Shown piece after piece: positions 24,100 to 36,900 of a DNA stretch of 54,512 nt. The notes below the pieces were generated by a model that was not told the origin of the DNA, did no database searches, and saw nothing but the letters and a program-made list of their open reading frames with translations. How positions within the stretch are numbered: the stretch's first letter is position 1; each line of letters starts with the position of its first letter. Origin of the DNA: Chara braunii (lineage: Eukaryota > Plantae > Charophyceae); the NCBI GenBank assembly GCA_003427395.1, contig BFEA01000026.1:423058-477569 (forward strand), in the 5' to 3' direction. Both the position numbers and the translations under genes were made by a program.

Positions 24100-24223
24100 T
24101 CACGGGGAAGGTTGTTTGGAGACGATCCGACTTGAACTGACGACTTCATACTTACTTGCAATTTACGCTGTGAGATCTAACGCCCAAAAATACCTTCTTG
24201 TATGTTTTGAAGAATGCCAGCAT

Positions 24224-24435
24224 TTACCAATTGGCCTACCTAGCTCAGTTGGTACACCCATGAACTGTTGAAATGCAGACTCAAGTTCGAATCCACATAC
24301 TATCATCAGATGAACAGACTGAAACCATTCTGCATTGCCTGGGGTCGGTCAGTTCGATGATGATATCTCAAGGCCGTCGCCCTTCGGGAAAAAAGAAAAG
24401 AAAAGAAAAAAAGAAAAAAAAAAAGAAACGTAGAA
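24224..24435 (+). mobile_element. tRNA-derived SINE with poly(A) tail and TSD
   Basis: A box TAGCTCAGTTGG, B box GTTCGAATCC, A-rich tail; 14-bp TSD AAGAATGCCAGCAT at 24210-24223 and 24436-24449. Confidence 0.9.
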
Positions 24436-24829
24436 AAGAATGCCAGCATGGGCCAGCTCAGCTCAGGCCGGAAAATAAAAAGGGAATGTTTCCAGCAGCA
24501 AGCCTGTCCGCACACAGCAAATACTTTTTTTTTTTCTAGTTTTCAATTTTTTTTTTTTTTTTTAAAACTCAGCTAATTATTACATCAGGTCTGTTGACGG
24601 TTGTCGTCAAAGAAAAAACGGAATAACGCTTTTTGGTGGCAAGCCGGCCCACTTGTAGTGGAGTTATCGTTGATTGCTCGTTTGGATGATTTGCTGTCCA
24701 CCCTAGTCGGTTTTGAATTGACATTCGCTGGATTGCAGATGCGGTGGATGAGCAGGTTGGCTGGCTAATGTGCCTGTTCGTTAATTAACCGAATGCACCA
24801 TGGGTTGATGGATTGACTGCACCTTCGGC

Positions 24830-24948
24830 AGTTAATTGATTGGTTGATTGGCCTATCGACCAATTATTACTTTGAACTCACTGATCGATAGATTGATATA
24901 TTGATTTGCTTGATTAATTGATTGATTGATTGATTGATTGATCGATCA

Positions 24949-24982
<34 letters not shown>

Positions 24983-25274
24983 CGATTGATTGATTGAGTA
25001 ATGGATTGATTTGGTTGATTGCAGGCCAGGCGTGTACGTCTTCGGAAAGTAAGTGCCATGTTGAAGGGAATGGGTTGGCTTTGACCTGCTTCCTGCTTTT
25101 GAGAACTGTTGCTGAGGAGATCGAGTGAAGGATTGGTTGCCTGATTCTGTCACAAACATGTTCTGGATTTTGAAGGCAGAAGCTGCGGCTGGAGGTAAGC
25201 AGCCATCGCCAATTGCAGTGACTTTTCTCTCTCACCGTCTGAACTCTCTGGTGAGGACGTAAGAATCGGTCGAT

Positions 25275-25315
<41 letters not shown>

Positions 25316-25555
25316 TGATTGATTGATTGAATGAACTGATTGATTAACTGATGGATCATTGGACCGATGGATTGATGGATCCAATTTGATTGATCAATTG
25401 ATTGATTGATCGTTCGAATTGATTGTTTGATTGTTTGTTTGTTTGTTTGTTTGTTTGATTGATTGATTGATTGATTGATTGATCGATCAAATTGATTGAT
25501 TGATTGATTGATCGATCAAATTGATTGATTGATTGTTTGATTGATTGATTGATCT
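24830..25555. repeat. (GATT)n microsatellite fields flanking a ~245-bp unique island
   Basis: Direct reading. (AATC)n also occurs at 2415-2495. Confidence 0.9.
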
Positions 25556-26799
25556 ATAGACGGACCCAATGTGAGGAGTTGTGCTATTTGTCTGAGCTCA
25601 ATCTCATACCTTCATCTGCTGAATGTATGAAACTTCCGATTATGAATGTGAGAAATTATGTCACACGTCTCACCTGTGTAGAGAGTTGAGAATAAGGTGT
25701 GCCGCAAGAGAGAAGGACGGTGGTTCTCTGTGTGCATGGAATACCAAAATTGCATCTGCAGATTGAGAATGAGTTCATCGGACTTCATCCCCTTCAGGCT
25801 CCATAGGGAGCAAAAGTTCCAACCCCCCCCCCCCAAAAAAAAAAAAAAAAAACAGAACAGAGATGTTTCCCCTTTCTTAGAGCATTTGGCTTCATCATGT
25901 TTAAACTTTAAAAGTCTTGAAGTTTGAACTTTAGAGTTAGAAAAAAAGTGAGCTCAGCTTTGAAGGTAGGAGAAAGTGACCTCAGCTTTGAAGGTAGAAA
26001 TGGAGCTGAGTCCCCACAGAGAGAATCAATTTCGATGAAGCAGAAGGCAAGCTTAGGGTATTGATGAAGTTTAGGGTTTAGCAAGCATGACGACGGCGAC
26101 ACACGCAAATATAGACATGTTTTAATGAAAAGTGGAAACGAGAGGGAAAAAGTGGAGGTTAGGATGAATGAACTGCGTTTGTTACGTTGTTCCCGTTCTT
26201 CCTTTCTTTCGTTTTTTGAACCCCCAGTTCCTCCGAGCCTCCTCTTGCCAACCCGGAGCTGTGCTGTGCACCAAAAATAGAAAATGGACTGGCGCGGTTG
26301 CAATTTTTTTTCGCTTTTGTTTTGGCTTGCGTTGCCAGCCAAAGAGGTTCGGCAGGCTGAGGCCCTGAAAAAAAATGCGGTTGTATATAAAAGTATAAAT
26401 GAGTTGGAAGGCAACGGTTGGGAAAGGTAGTGGCGGTTTGAAATGACAAAAAAGACACAAGTTCTCAATGCGGCTCATGATTCTCATCCTTTTCGTCACT
26501 GGGATCTGCAAATGTAGGTCCCGGCTGCAGATACCATTCCGATTTTAACGGATGTTCTCGATGGGCATGATCCTATTTTCCTCCCGTCTATGTCGGGACA
26601 AATCTTGTTTGTTGTATTGGAATCCTCACAAGTCAGTACCAAATAAGACACGCCCTAAAATAGAAAGGGACCCAAGACAGAAGGCAGGTCCGTGACCATG
26701 GAATTCAGGAGGAGAATGTCGCGGTTTTCACATGTTACGGTCCTGGGTTTTCACATGTCACAGTCCTGGGTTGTCATGCTACGGTTGTACTCTGCCCAC

Positions 26800-27030
26800 A
26801 GTCTGCAGGCAGGATCGGCAGCCAGTATCTGCACCCCGGAGCTGCAGCCAGGATCTGTGGTCGGGATCTGCAGTCGGGATCTGCGGTCGGGATCTGCAGT
26901 AGGGATCTGCAGCACAGATCCGTTGCTGTGATCTGTAGCTCAGATCTGTTGCTGCTGTGATCTGTAGCTGGTCTGCATCTGTGATCTGCATCCGTGATCT
27001 GCATCTGTGATCTGCAGCCGGTATCTGTCG
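26800..27030. repeat. GATCTG(C/T) minisatellite
   Basis: Many GATCTG(C/T) units at a period of roughly 6-13 bp. Confidence 0.85.
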
Positions 27031-27774
27031 GGGTAGATGGTTGTGCCTTTTGGAAGTAGAGGGCACCCTGTTGCAGATTCAGATACCACAGACTGCTGGG
27101 AATGTCCACCCCTCGTTGTGAGCGGGAGACAATCACACAGGAAAAGTATGTCTCAGACCAGGAAATTGTATCATGGACCCCTTTTTTGTCCTTGTGATGG
27201 TGGTGATGAAGTTCAAGGGAAGGCTCTAGGGAAATCAGCCTTTGCAGGGAGAGAGGAATGACCGCCTTCCTTGCTTCCTTCCTTCCCTCCTTTACAAGAA
27301 TATGGCGTTGGTGGCAGAGGCAGCAGTGCTTGGCGGGGCGTGACCCTTAGTTGTTTGTCGGCTTAGAGGGTGTACAGCAGCTTTGCGGTTTTTTTGGCTT
27401 AGGGCCTTAGGCCCTTTTTAAGGGGTTACGCCGACTACGTAGGGTTTAAGGTTTGTCCGCACTTTGTGGTAAATGTAGGTCAGATGCAGTCTATCAGAGC
27501 TAAATATAGGCGAAGTGGCAAAGCGGAAGAGGATTGGCTACTTGTAGGTGCCCAGTGAGGTCTACTGGACAGGACCAGCAGCCATTGGACTGAGGGCCAG
27601 GCCACACTGGTGCTATCTTTGTGCTATGCTCCCAAGCGCCTGGCCAAATTTTGTTTCTAAAGATGAAGATAGCGCCAGTGGGGCCTCGCCCTAGCTGCCG
27701 CCTTCCAAACACAGCCGCTGGCAGGCTGTACAGCTTCTGCATTGGCCTCAGCTATCCTCCCTCAGTGGAAACTG

Positions 27775-28180
27775 TGCATCGGCCAAGTTCTTAGCACAAG
27801 TCTGCGGGTGGAAATTGGCGATTGGTACTTGAGAGACTTTGTGCCAAGTACTTAGCACAAGTCTGCGGGTGGGAATTGGCCATTGCTATTTGCACCGAGT
27901 ATGTAGCACAAGTCTGCGGGTGGAAATTGGCCATTGGTATTCTCACTCAGTGCAAACTGCACATTTGTGCTAAGTACTTAGTACAGGTCTGGGTGTGAAA
28001 CTGGCCATGGCTATTTGCACGTAGCACAAAGGCCACATTTGTGTCAAGTACTGAGTACAAGTCTGGGTTGGAAATTGGCCATGGCTATTCGCTCATAGCA
28101 CAAAAGTTGAAAAGTCACATTTGTGCCAAGTACACAAGCCTGGGTTTGACAATGGTCACGACTATTCTCACGTAGGACAA
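27775..28180. repeat. Six ~50-80-bp tandem units with a palindromic core
   Basis: TTGTGC(C/T)AAGTACTTAGCACAAGTCTG(C)GGGTGGAAATTGGCCA units at about 27783, 27844, 27895, 27970, 28044 and 28126. Confidence 0.85.
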
Positions 28181-28360
28181 GCACCACACCAGTGGGACTT
28201 TTGGTCTGTACTGGCAGGTAATGATGGGAGTATTACTGCAGCACAACTTTGAGAAGACGCCCCTCGCTTTGTGAGAACAAACTGGATCTGATCGAAGCAT
28301 ATGCAGTCTTCGCCCAGTCTACTGTCAGTTCTTTTTTCTGTATCTATCTATATTTTTTTC

Positions 28361-29480
28361 TCTATCTATCAATATCCTTATTAAAGAGTAACCCGGGTCT
28401 CACGTGACGCATCGCACGTGAGTCCCTTTTCACGTTTGGGCCCAGGCCGGTGTACGCGATTCTCCCCTGGGCTCGCGGTGCCAAGTGGGCCGCAGGACGT
28501 CGGGAGCATGTTCGAATACAAATACATAGCTGGGCTTGGGCGGGGACACTCGCAGCAGGGCGTTTTATACTTTGGAGAAGTTTGGACGTGATCCGGGGCA
28601 GATACGTTCTGGAAAGTGGCAGAGTGGCTGGGGTAGTTGTTTTTTGTTGTTGTTGTTGTTTTGTTTGCTTTTTGTCGTGTTGTGGCCCAAGCGCCGCAGC
28701 CTGTCCAGCAAGGACTTCGAACGTGATCTGTGGCAGATACATTTGTTTTTCTTGCAGAGAGGTTTCCGGTGACAGCTGGCATTGTCTCAGTACAGTAGCA
28801 GCCCGTTCACTGGGGCTTTCTTTGCTAACTGTCTGTTTTCTTTTTCCGGTCGCAATTTGGGTGAGCGCAGCGGCATTTGTCCTTCCCCGTCTGGTTTTTT
28901 TTTTTTTTTTTTTTTTTTCCCGTTGCCTTGCTGGGCGGTTGCGGCATTTGTCCCTCTCTTTTTTTTTCTTTTTTCCCCGGGTCCTTTTTAAAATTTTGGC
29001 TCTTTCCCGGTTTCCCCATGTTCGAATACATGTACACAGGGGGTTGCTCCACTACTCGCCACATGCAGAAAATACACAAATCATGGTGGTGTATATCTTT
29101 CCATGCTCTGCCGGAAGATCATTTTCCACAATTGTTGGTGGTGAGTAATGGAGCCGTGCCCATAGCAAGGCTGCTTCGAAGTGTCTGCAGGCCCTTTGTT
29201 TTTGCAGGGGTTGTGCATGCGGTCCACCTGGCTGGCCAGGAACATGTAGAATGTTGTACACTGTTCTTTTGGTCCGAATGCATGTGACCGACTCGCCTGT
29301 CTCTCAACGTTTTGAATGTATAGAGATGATAATCAGGACAGATACATTTTCGGTGCTGCATAGAGGAGCGAGGCAGAGAAAAGAGGCTGTGCCAAGTGCC
29401 CTTTCTGGCTCTGCCATTTTCTCTGTCTTCCCCTTTGTTGGGCCGTGGCATCGCCGTGGCGGGCCCAGTTGTTTTCTATA
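28361..29480 (+). mobile_element. Possible non-autonomous Helitron-like element
   Basis: 5' TCTATCTATC...TATTAAAG start; 3' GC-rich hairpin GCCGTGGC-ATC-GCCGTGGC about 20 nt before the end. A similar hairpin occurs inverted at about 54430-54450. The canonical CTRR terminus is not clearly present. Confidence 0.35.
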
Positions 29481-30285
29481 ATAGGTATGTCGACTCCTCA
29501 GCCAACATGTGATGCATACTGAAGTGACACAAACTAAAAGGCTGCAGAAAAGGTCCTCTGGGAAAACTCGCACTGTTTCTTTTTCAGGTGAATCTTAGGC
29601 GGAATATCAGTCACATACGTCTAGAAAAGTCCTACTAGGAGTAAGATGTCCTCGTTCATCATGAAACAGGAAACGATGATGTTACATCACAGACCTCGGC
29701 CGTGACAAGCGCGCAGTCTATTCGCGGGAAGCATGGTTGTTTCTTCTGAGAAGCTTCGCTGCCCACCACCTTTGCCCAGTCTTGCTCTGCGAGACACGCG
29801 GTAGTGTCTAATCACTGTGCAAGGGACACTTGCATTCATGAGTTGCTGATTTCATGAACTCTCTGGGAGGAATGGATTCTTTATCCTTTCCCTAACACGA
29901 GTGTGCTGGCGGCAACCCACTCGCTTTAAAACTTCAACATCATTACATGATTACACATAATTTGAGTTGAATCGTTTTAGGCAAGTGCTATTCTCCCCAA
30001 TGTTCTTGAGGATCAAGCAGTGTGATTGGTTTTGGATTTGGTTTTTATCGTGTACCGAGTTTGGTGCTTTTGTACACAGCATTCAAACCTATTGCCGAAG
30101 TGAAGAATGTAAGCAAGATGTCCCCTGCTCTCCCAATCACTTCTAAGTTCGCAAATGTACACTCGATAAGTTCTTTGTTTTTTCTGGAGTTCATGCTGCC
30201 ATGTTTCGCATCGCTTTCATCATTTTGTTTTGCTGTGCTTTGCTTTGCGTTGTGCATGTTCTTGACTGAACTGATCCATTCTCAG

Positions 30286-30375
30286 ACCCTGGCCAAGAGT
30301 TATTAAGCGGTTCATTGGGCAAATTAGGGCCCTATATCCTCAAGGCCCCAGGAACATACAAGGTTGGCCGGAAAG
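30286..30375 (+). CDS. NBS1: NBS1 exon, start of the FHA domain (...RAYILKAPGTYKVGRK); 5' boundary uncertain
   Basis: YKVGRK matches the first FHA motif of plant NBS1. The donor AAAG|GTAAGC is phase 1 and joins in frame to the exon at 37450. Candidate acceptor TTCTCAG at 30285. Confidence 0.8.
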
Positions 30376-31980
30376 GTAAGCGTCATTTACCTGGTGTGTT
30401 ATGCCTTTCATTACTGTACATACTCTGTCAAGTATTTGTTAATTAATGCACAACGTTTGTTCGACTATTCTATTCTGTGGCTATACACGAGACCCTTCTG
30501 CAAGCTTTCCTATGCGGGCAAGATGACCAAAGTGTCCTTTTCCGCTTTTTTTATGCTGCTCTTCACTCAAGCTTTGTTATTGGTTGGCCTGTCTGTGGGA
30601 TTGTCAGATCATTTCTTGGTCACACAGATCTATGTATTCAAATGGCATGGATCAGGTTCGCCAAGGGTGCGTACATGAATCAAAGTCGATACACGTTGGC
30701 ACAGAAAGAGAAACTAAGTAGAACACAGCAGGGGAGATGTATGTGGTCGAGGGTTGCATGCACACACACACACACACACACTGGGTGGAATTGGGGCTGT
30801 TGTGGGGAAAATCTAAAACACACACAGAAGAGGGGGGGGGCGGGGAGGGTGTGGTTGCATCAATGTCCCCCCTCCCCCTCCCTCTCTCTCTCTCTGTGTT
30901 GCGTGGCTGCATGGGCCCAACACAGACACAGATATACATACATACATACACACACACACAGTACTGTACTCGTGTATGGCACGCTGACATGTCATGTCCA
31001 ATTTGTAGACAGGGGCTGGAATGGCAATGCCTCTGTAATTGTGGTCGACGTGCCTCCGTGTTCCTAGCATCTAGGAGTCGTGTAGCCCGTTACATTTGTC
31101 TGTGCCGCGCCATTCGATGCAGCAACTACGACTGCGAGAATTGGATGTGGTGCTTCAAAAATCCACACCCGAACCGGTCCTGTCCGGTCTGTAGGGGTGG
31201 CCACTTACCATGGGCAATAGCTGCTCGTCAACCCCAAATCTTATGCAACCCAAACACTAACTGACCTCATGTGCCATTCTAGAGTAGCCGTTCCAGCGGT
31301 CAGTATTTTGAATTCTGCGAAGTTCGTCATGTATATCTCTCTCCTGCCCTTTGCATGTCAACTCCATCCTGCCCTTCACATATTTCTCTCCTGCCCTTTG
31401 CACTCCACTTCCCCCTACCCCACACTCCTGTAGAACTCCGCCTCCTGTTCCTTTCCCGCCAGCCTCCCCTTATGTGCTACTAGCAAATACATACGAATGA
31501 GAATCGTTAAGAGAACAGACAAAGCATAAGCTGAAGATCTGAAGTGAAGTGAACAAGAGTATGAAGACAAACGACCGACACAAAGACTAAGTAGAAGCTG
31601 AAGATCTGAAGGGAAATGAACAGGAGTATGAAGATCTGAAGTGAAATACACAGGAGCATACCTTCCCCTTTATTCTGCCTCCTGTTATAATATGCAAGTG
31701 GGCCGTTAAGGCACACGGGGATGTGGGCAGCTGGCGCTCAAGCACAATCAACGTGGGCAGCCTTGCACATGCGAGGCATAGTAAAAGAGGAGCTGTTGCC
31801 CCAAAGAAAACCCAGCTAACACACAGCTCTAAATGGTTCTATTATGAGTCATGTTGCTTGCTAAAGAAGTGAAATTGTTTAATTGTTGGGCTATCTCAAC
31901 TTGAATCTATTCATCTCGGTGGAATAGGGGCTGTTGTGGTGGAAATTTAAAACACACATGCACACCCACCCACCCACACA

Positions 31981-32053
<73 letters not shown>

Positions 32054-32504
32054 ACACACACACAGGCACAAAAGAGAACGCACAGAAGAACATGGAAGCA
32101 CAATGAAAACAAAGCAGTCATGAAATCTCATACAAAAGACTGAACAGTCATGCCGAAATCACATATAGAAGCTGAATATGAAATACATGTCACATGGTAT
32201 GAGTGTCGTCGACACTTCGTCACACTCGTACCGAGTCGTACGGACTCGTATAGCCAAGGGTCACAGCCTACATCGCTAACTAACATATCCAGAAAGAAAA
32301 CCGAAACAAACACCTACGTAATACGACGAGTCACAATGAAGTCCCACCTCAAACAGAAACCCAAGACCAACACAAAAAAATGACACGCCGTACATGAACC
32401 AAAAACGTAAAACAAAAATGAACTCTCGACGTCACTACCTCAATCTACCTGCATGCTAATGTCCATGAACTGGTCCTAAGTGCCTGGAACCTAACTGTAT
32501 GTAC

Positions 32505-34407
32505 ATCATCCTAAACAATATACAGAATGGTCGACAGACAAAGATGGATGAACGACATATACGCGAGATGGAAGGGGAATGAAGTTGTCAAGACTGTCGA
32601 CCTCACTTCCCCTTACCGCTGCCTCTCCGCCTCTCGCGACCCGAGTTGCCTGTCCGTGACACACCTCGTCGGCTCGCCCCGGTCGCAGCGGATGGTCCTC
32701 GACTCCTCGTGCGGGGTCTCGTCTCACGAAACTCCTCCTGCCGTCTATCAGAACCACATCGTGGTCGAGGGGAGGGCTCATTGTCGTCGTCGTCCTCCTC
32801 CTCCTCCTCGTCATCCCTCTCCTCCTCCCGACTCTCGTCATCCTCTCTGTACTCGTCATCCTCAGGCGGGTCCTCGTCACGTGCTGGCTCCGCCTCGTCC
32901 TCCTCTACGATGACCTGCTCATCCCCCCTCCTCACCTGAACAAGCCTAGTACTCGCTCGAGTGACAACCTCGACAGTCTTATCACGACGAGAACCCCGCG
33001 GCATCCCCAAACCCTCAGGTCCTGAAGACTCCTCCAATGCGGCACCACCCGCCGCAGGCACGAGACGCGGACGAGAGTCACGATATGCTGCGCTCCTGCG
33101 CGAAGTCTGGTCACGCACAGCACGTGCTGCTGCTGCCAAAGCGTGCTGCAAGGTGGACTCGGCCTCTACACCCCCACGAACATGTCGCGGTTGAGAAACT
33201 GCCGCCATGACCTCCCGAGCCGCACCCCTCTCGGTGCCACCCCCACCCAAACCTGGCTGGAGTCGTGCAGTGTGCACTATTACCCGGCGAGTCGAGTCCA
33301 GGTCGATATCTGTCCTCCCGAATAGCGTCGTGTCAAAAGGGAGGCTCCCTACGCCCGTGGTGTCACGGACCCTGGGTCTGCCAGGCGTGGATGGTGAGCG
33401 GAGGTGTGCACGCGCTGGTGTCGAGGGTGAATCTCCGTGACGTGATCTCGGAGGAGGAGGCGGCATGCCTGGTCTCCGTGAGTATGTGTCCTTCTCCCAT
33501 GTGACATTACGCACAGCAGCCCGTGCGAGCTCTGTCGCATCAAATGGGCAAGCAGTATCCTCAGGAGCTCGCCACCCACTAACGGAAGTCTAAAGCGGTG
33601 GCTCTGATCCTAAATCCACCACTACGACCGGTGGTACCTCGTCAGGTGCCACCTCCTCAGAACCTGAGCCATGCACACATGGTCGAACTGGGCGTGTCGT
33701 CGTCGTCAGCTGCATGCCCGCGAAGTGTACCAACGGACCGCTACCTCCCAGGATCTCTACAGCGGCTACATCGTCATGCTCCTCCTGAGGGTGCTCTCGT
33801 GCCTCCTCGTACCCCTGCTGAAGAGTGTCCCGTGTACGAATCCTGGAGGCTCCTGCGAATGCCTGCTCGATGTCCTCTGCGGAGTAACCAGCGGCCGCTA
33901 AGGCACGCGCTATATCCTCTATGTCTGCGCGACGACTCTGACAAGGGGTGGGAGGATCCACATCTGAGCAAAATCCCGCATCTCATCGTCAACAGCCCCG
34001 CTCTCTCCTGATGGCGACGCCCCTAGTGCCCTCATCGTGCCCGGGGTCAAACCCGATAGTGCGGGACCCACCTCATCAGCGATGAAACGCTCGATAGTCG
34101 GATCAAGGGTGTCGCTGCCCTCTCCTCCGTCATGGGCGACGTCACCCTCTAAAAGAATGGCCTGTCCCTCAACCAGCGCAGTACCATCTGCCCTGACCAC
34201 GCCCTCCTGTCTCTCACGCTGCGCAGCATAGGAAGGCACTGCCACGCCCTCCTCTCTCCCAACCTGAGTAGTCACAACGTCCTCCTCTCTCTCTACCTGC
34301 GCACGATCATCCACCTCCACTGCCACCTCCCTCTTAACCTGCGCACGATCATCCACCTGCACTCCCGCCTCCCTCTCTACCTGCGCACGATCATCCACCT
34401 CCACTGC
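32505..34407 (-). mobile_element. Transposon-associated low-complexity coding remnant
   Basis: Long Arg/Glu/Asp/Pro-rich ORFs (33919-34404, 33590-33961, 32603-33514), including three 13-aa repeats (VDDRAQV.RE). No catalytic motif seen; intronic and antisense to NBS1. Confidence 0.45.
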
Positions 34408-34408
34408 N

Positions 34409-34471
<63 letters not shown>

Positions 34472-35879
34472 TTAATCTGGGTAGGTCCCGAGATAGGGCT
34501 TATTGACTTTTTCCTTTGGTCTTCTTTTTTTTCTTTTTTTTTTTTCCAAAGAACAGAACTTCTTGGCTCTGGCTCCTACCATTCTGGGGAGCGACAGTCC
34601 GGTTCCTCTCCCCCGGCAAGTCAATTAGGAATACATCAGAGACTCACACACACTCCCCCCCATTATGGTTGGGAGGCCCGAGTAGACGGCATTGATTACT
34701 TCCTTGAGGAAGGATGTACCACCTCTCACCCCTGCCTAAGTTACCCTCTGCTAATTTTGCCTACCAATCCGTCTGGTCCCAGTTCTACTCCTCTCAGTTG
34801 TGAAACTGTCAGGTAGGTGTGTTATTCGAGAGGGTTCTGGGCCCCTTATAATCGTCTTTGAGGCCTCACCCTCTAAATTCCTATTTGTTTTAATTCGTGT
34901 AAACCCTAAACCCTAGACCCTAAACCCTGATCCTTAAACCCTCGGTTGTCGGACTATCTTGTTGCACCCATTTCCTAGAACGAACAAGGAAAACCTGTGC
35001 TATTCCTGAGCCATAAACCCTGAACCTTCTCTGAGGGGTAATCCCTGTGAACTAATGATTCTTATCCTGTCCTACTTCATGTTTCCCTTACGCGACGTTC
35101 ATTCTTTTAGCCCTATTGTCTTAGGCCTTGATGAAACCTTGCTTCCTGGCCTGTTATTCTTGGGTAGCTGTTGAGACTAGCTCTGTTCGAGACTGTCTAA
35201 TAGGCTGTCTTTCCTGATAGCTGGGAGTGGAGAAGGTATGCGAATGCAAGGGGGTGGGGGCGAAGGTATTTTGTTGGGATTTGTCGTTATGGTATTGGAT
35301 CAAGGTGGGAGGGTAGGCTTTAGTTGGGAGTGAGGGTTTTAGTGGACGTTTCGAGCAATTTGGGATTGGAGACGGGGAGAGTTTTCAGGGGGATTGGAAC
35401 CTTTTTTTTTTTTTTTTTTTTTTTTGTTTTTATATTTTTTTTTTTTTTTTTTTTTTGTAATTCACAGTTATTTTTTTCATCTGATCAACAGGATTGAAAC
35501 TCAAGTCTGTNNNNNNNNNNNNNNNNNNNNNNNNNNNNNNNNNNNNNTACACGGCCGTTGCTTTTTTACTGCACAGTCCTTTTTTTTTTTTTTTTTTTTG
35601 GTCTTACCGTTTTTTTTTTAACTTTCTTCTTTGGTCTTACCGTTTTTTTTTTAATACAAATCGGGACGAGGCCTATTTCACGGTAGGACCCATCTGAGGG
35701 CTTATTGACAAGTCGGCGGGGTCGTACTGGGGATATTTTGACAACTAAGCGCTGCCAGAAAAAAAAGGACTTATAGTTGGAGGGGTGCTTTTTGTTGGGG
35801 ACATCCACAATTTCGGCAAACGTTTTGGGCTTCTCGACAACTTTTCCCCTAAACTTTATTGAAATTGATTCAGAAGAAG

Positions 35880-36900
35880 TCAGGAGAACTCAATTGCAGC
35901 GAGTGCGAGGATCTGGGTCCTCGGCAGGCCTAAGGGCCCCCTGTTGCATCTGTGCCCGCTCTAAGTGAAGGCGGGCCTAACAAATCACGAAAGGCCCTCG
36001 GCCTTCAATTTCGTTTTTGGGGTCCAGGCAGTTTCGTCGCGCCAGTTGGTTGAGGAAAACACAGGCCGAGCAGCAAGACTTTCGACGGCCTTCCAGGCCT
36101 TTCCGAAATGATGCAGGCCCTGGACAAGAATGGCAGCCTCATACACAGACAGTTGGGAGGCCCAACCGAATGAGGCCCAGTAGCTGCAAGATAGGCGCAG
36201 CGTCCTGGGGCCTACCGGAAGCTTCTGGGCGCAGGCCAGTCCAGCCAGACTGCCGAATCAGCAGGCTCTTTCCATATAGGAAGGAGCTCGCTGCCTGGGC
36301 ATTCATTCATTCGGGCACTCGCATGTTGGTGGCAGTGCTGCTGGAGCTGAAGCTCGTGGGCTGCTGTGAGCGCTGAGAGGCGAAGTGCAAGCACGTGCGG
36401 TCGTGCAAGGAGGAGGGCGCTGCTGAGGGCAGCGCCATAGCCCAGCCTCCATAGCTGGCGGGCTTGGATGTACAGTGAGGCGCAGGGGTGGTCTTCGGGT
36501 TTCAAGAGGGAAGACGTGGGAGAGAGAGAGAGAGAAGGATGATGATGATGATGATGTGAGGGCACATACCTGGTATTGGCGATGGTCTGCATGGGCGACA
36601 TCTTCAAGTACTTCGGAGGCTGCTGACGTCAACAGTTGCATTGTCAATTAGTAGGCTAGTAGTAGCTGTGTAGGGAGTAGGCTGGGCGCCAAGCGCCAAG
36701 TAGGGAGATAGGGGCTGGATACATATGTTGGTGGTGGCGAGAGCAAGCTCTCATTGACATTGTTTTTCAGTGCTACGATTCTCCATTGGTGTCATATTGG
36801 TGCAATGCTGCTTTCTGAACTCTGTGATACGATCTGGCTTTCAATGTAATTATGCAATCTGAATATTGTCATCTCGCTATTGCTCATTTTCCTTGCACGA
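35880..36900 (-). repeat. Left arm of a ~1-kb inverted repeat pair
   Basis: Reverse-complement homolog of 43155-44140; the translations MTMQLLTSAA..VLEDVAHADHRQYQV and MGSRQ.RRASWL appear in both on opposite strands. Confidence 0.92.

Noticed and set aside
24224-24380. Apparent tRNA-Asn and tRNA-Phe genes
   Set aside because: Explained by a SINE with a TSD, an A-tail and an inverted homolog at 22227-22388; no complete cloverleaf.
29083-29140. MVVYIFPCSAG...G|GTGAGT as NBS1 exon 1
   Set aside because: Its phase-1 donor does not fit the phase-2 acceptor at 30285, similarity is weak, and it lies in a probable Helitron-like repeat. The start codon remains unidentified.
34900-34940. AAACCCT telomere-like repeats (also near 47170)
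   Set aside because: Only 3-4 imperfect units embedded in retroelement UTR-like sequence; not a telomere.
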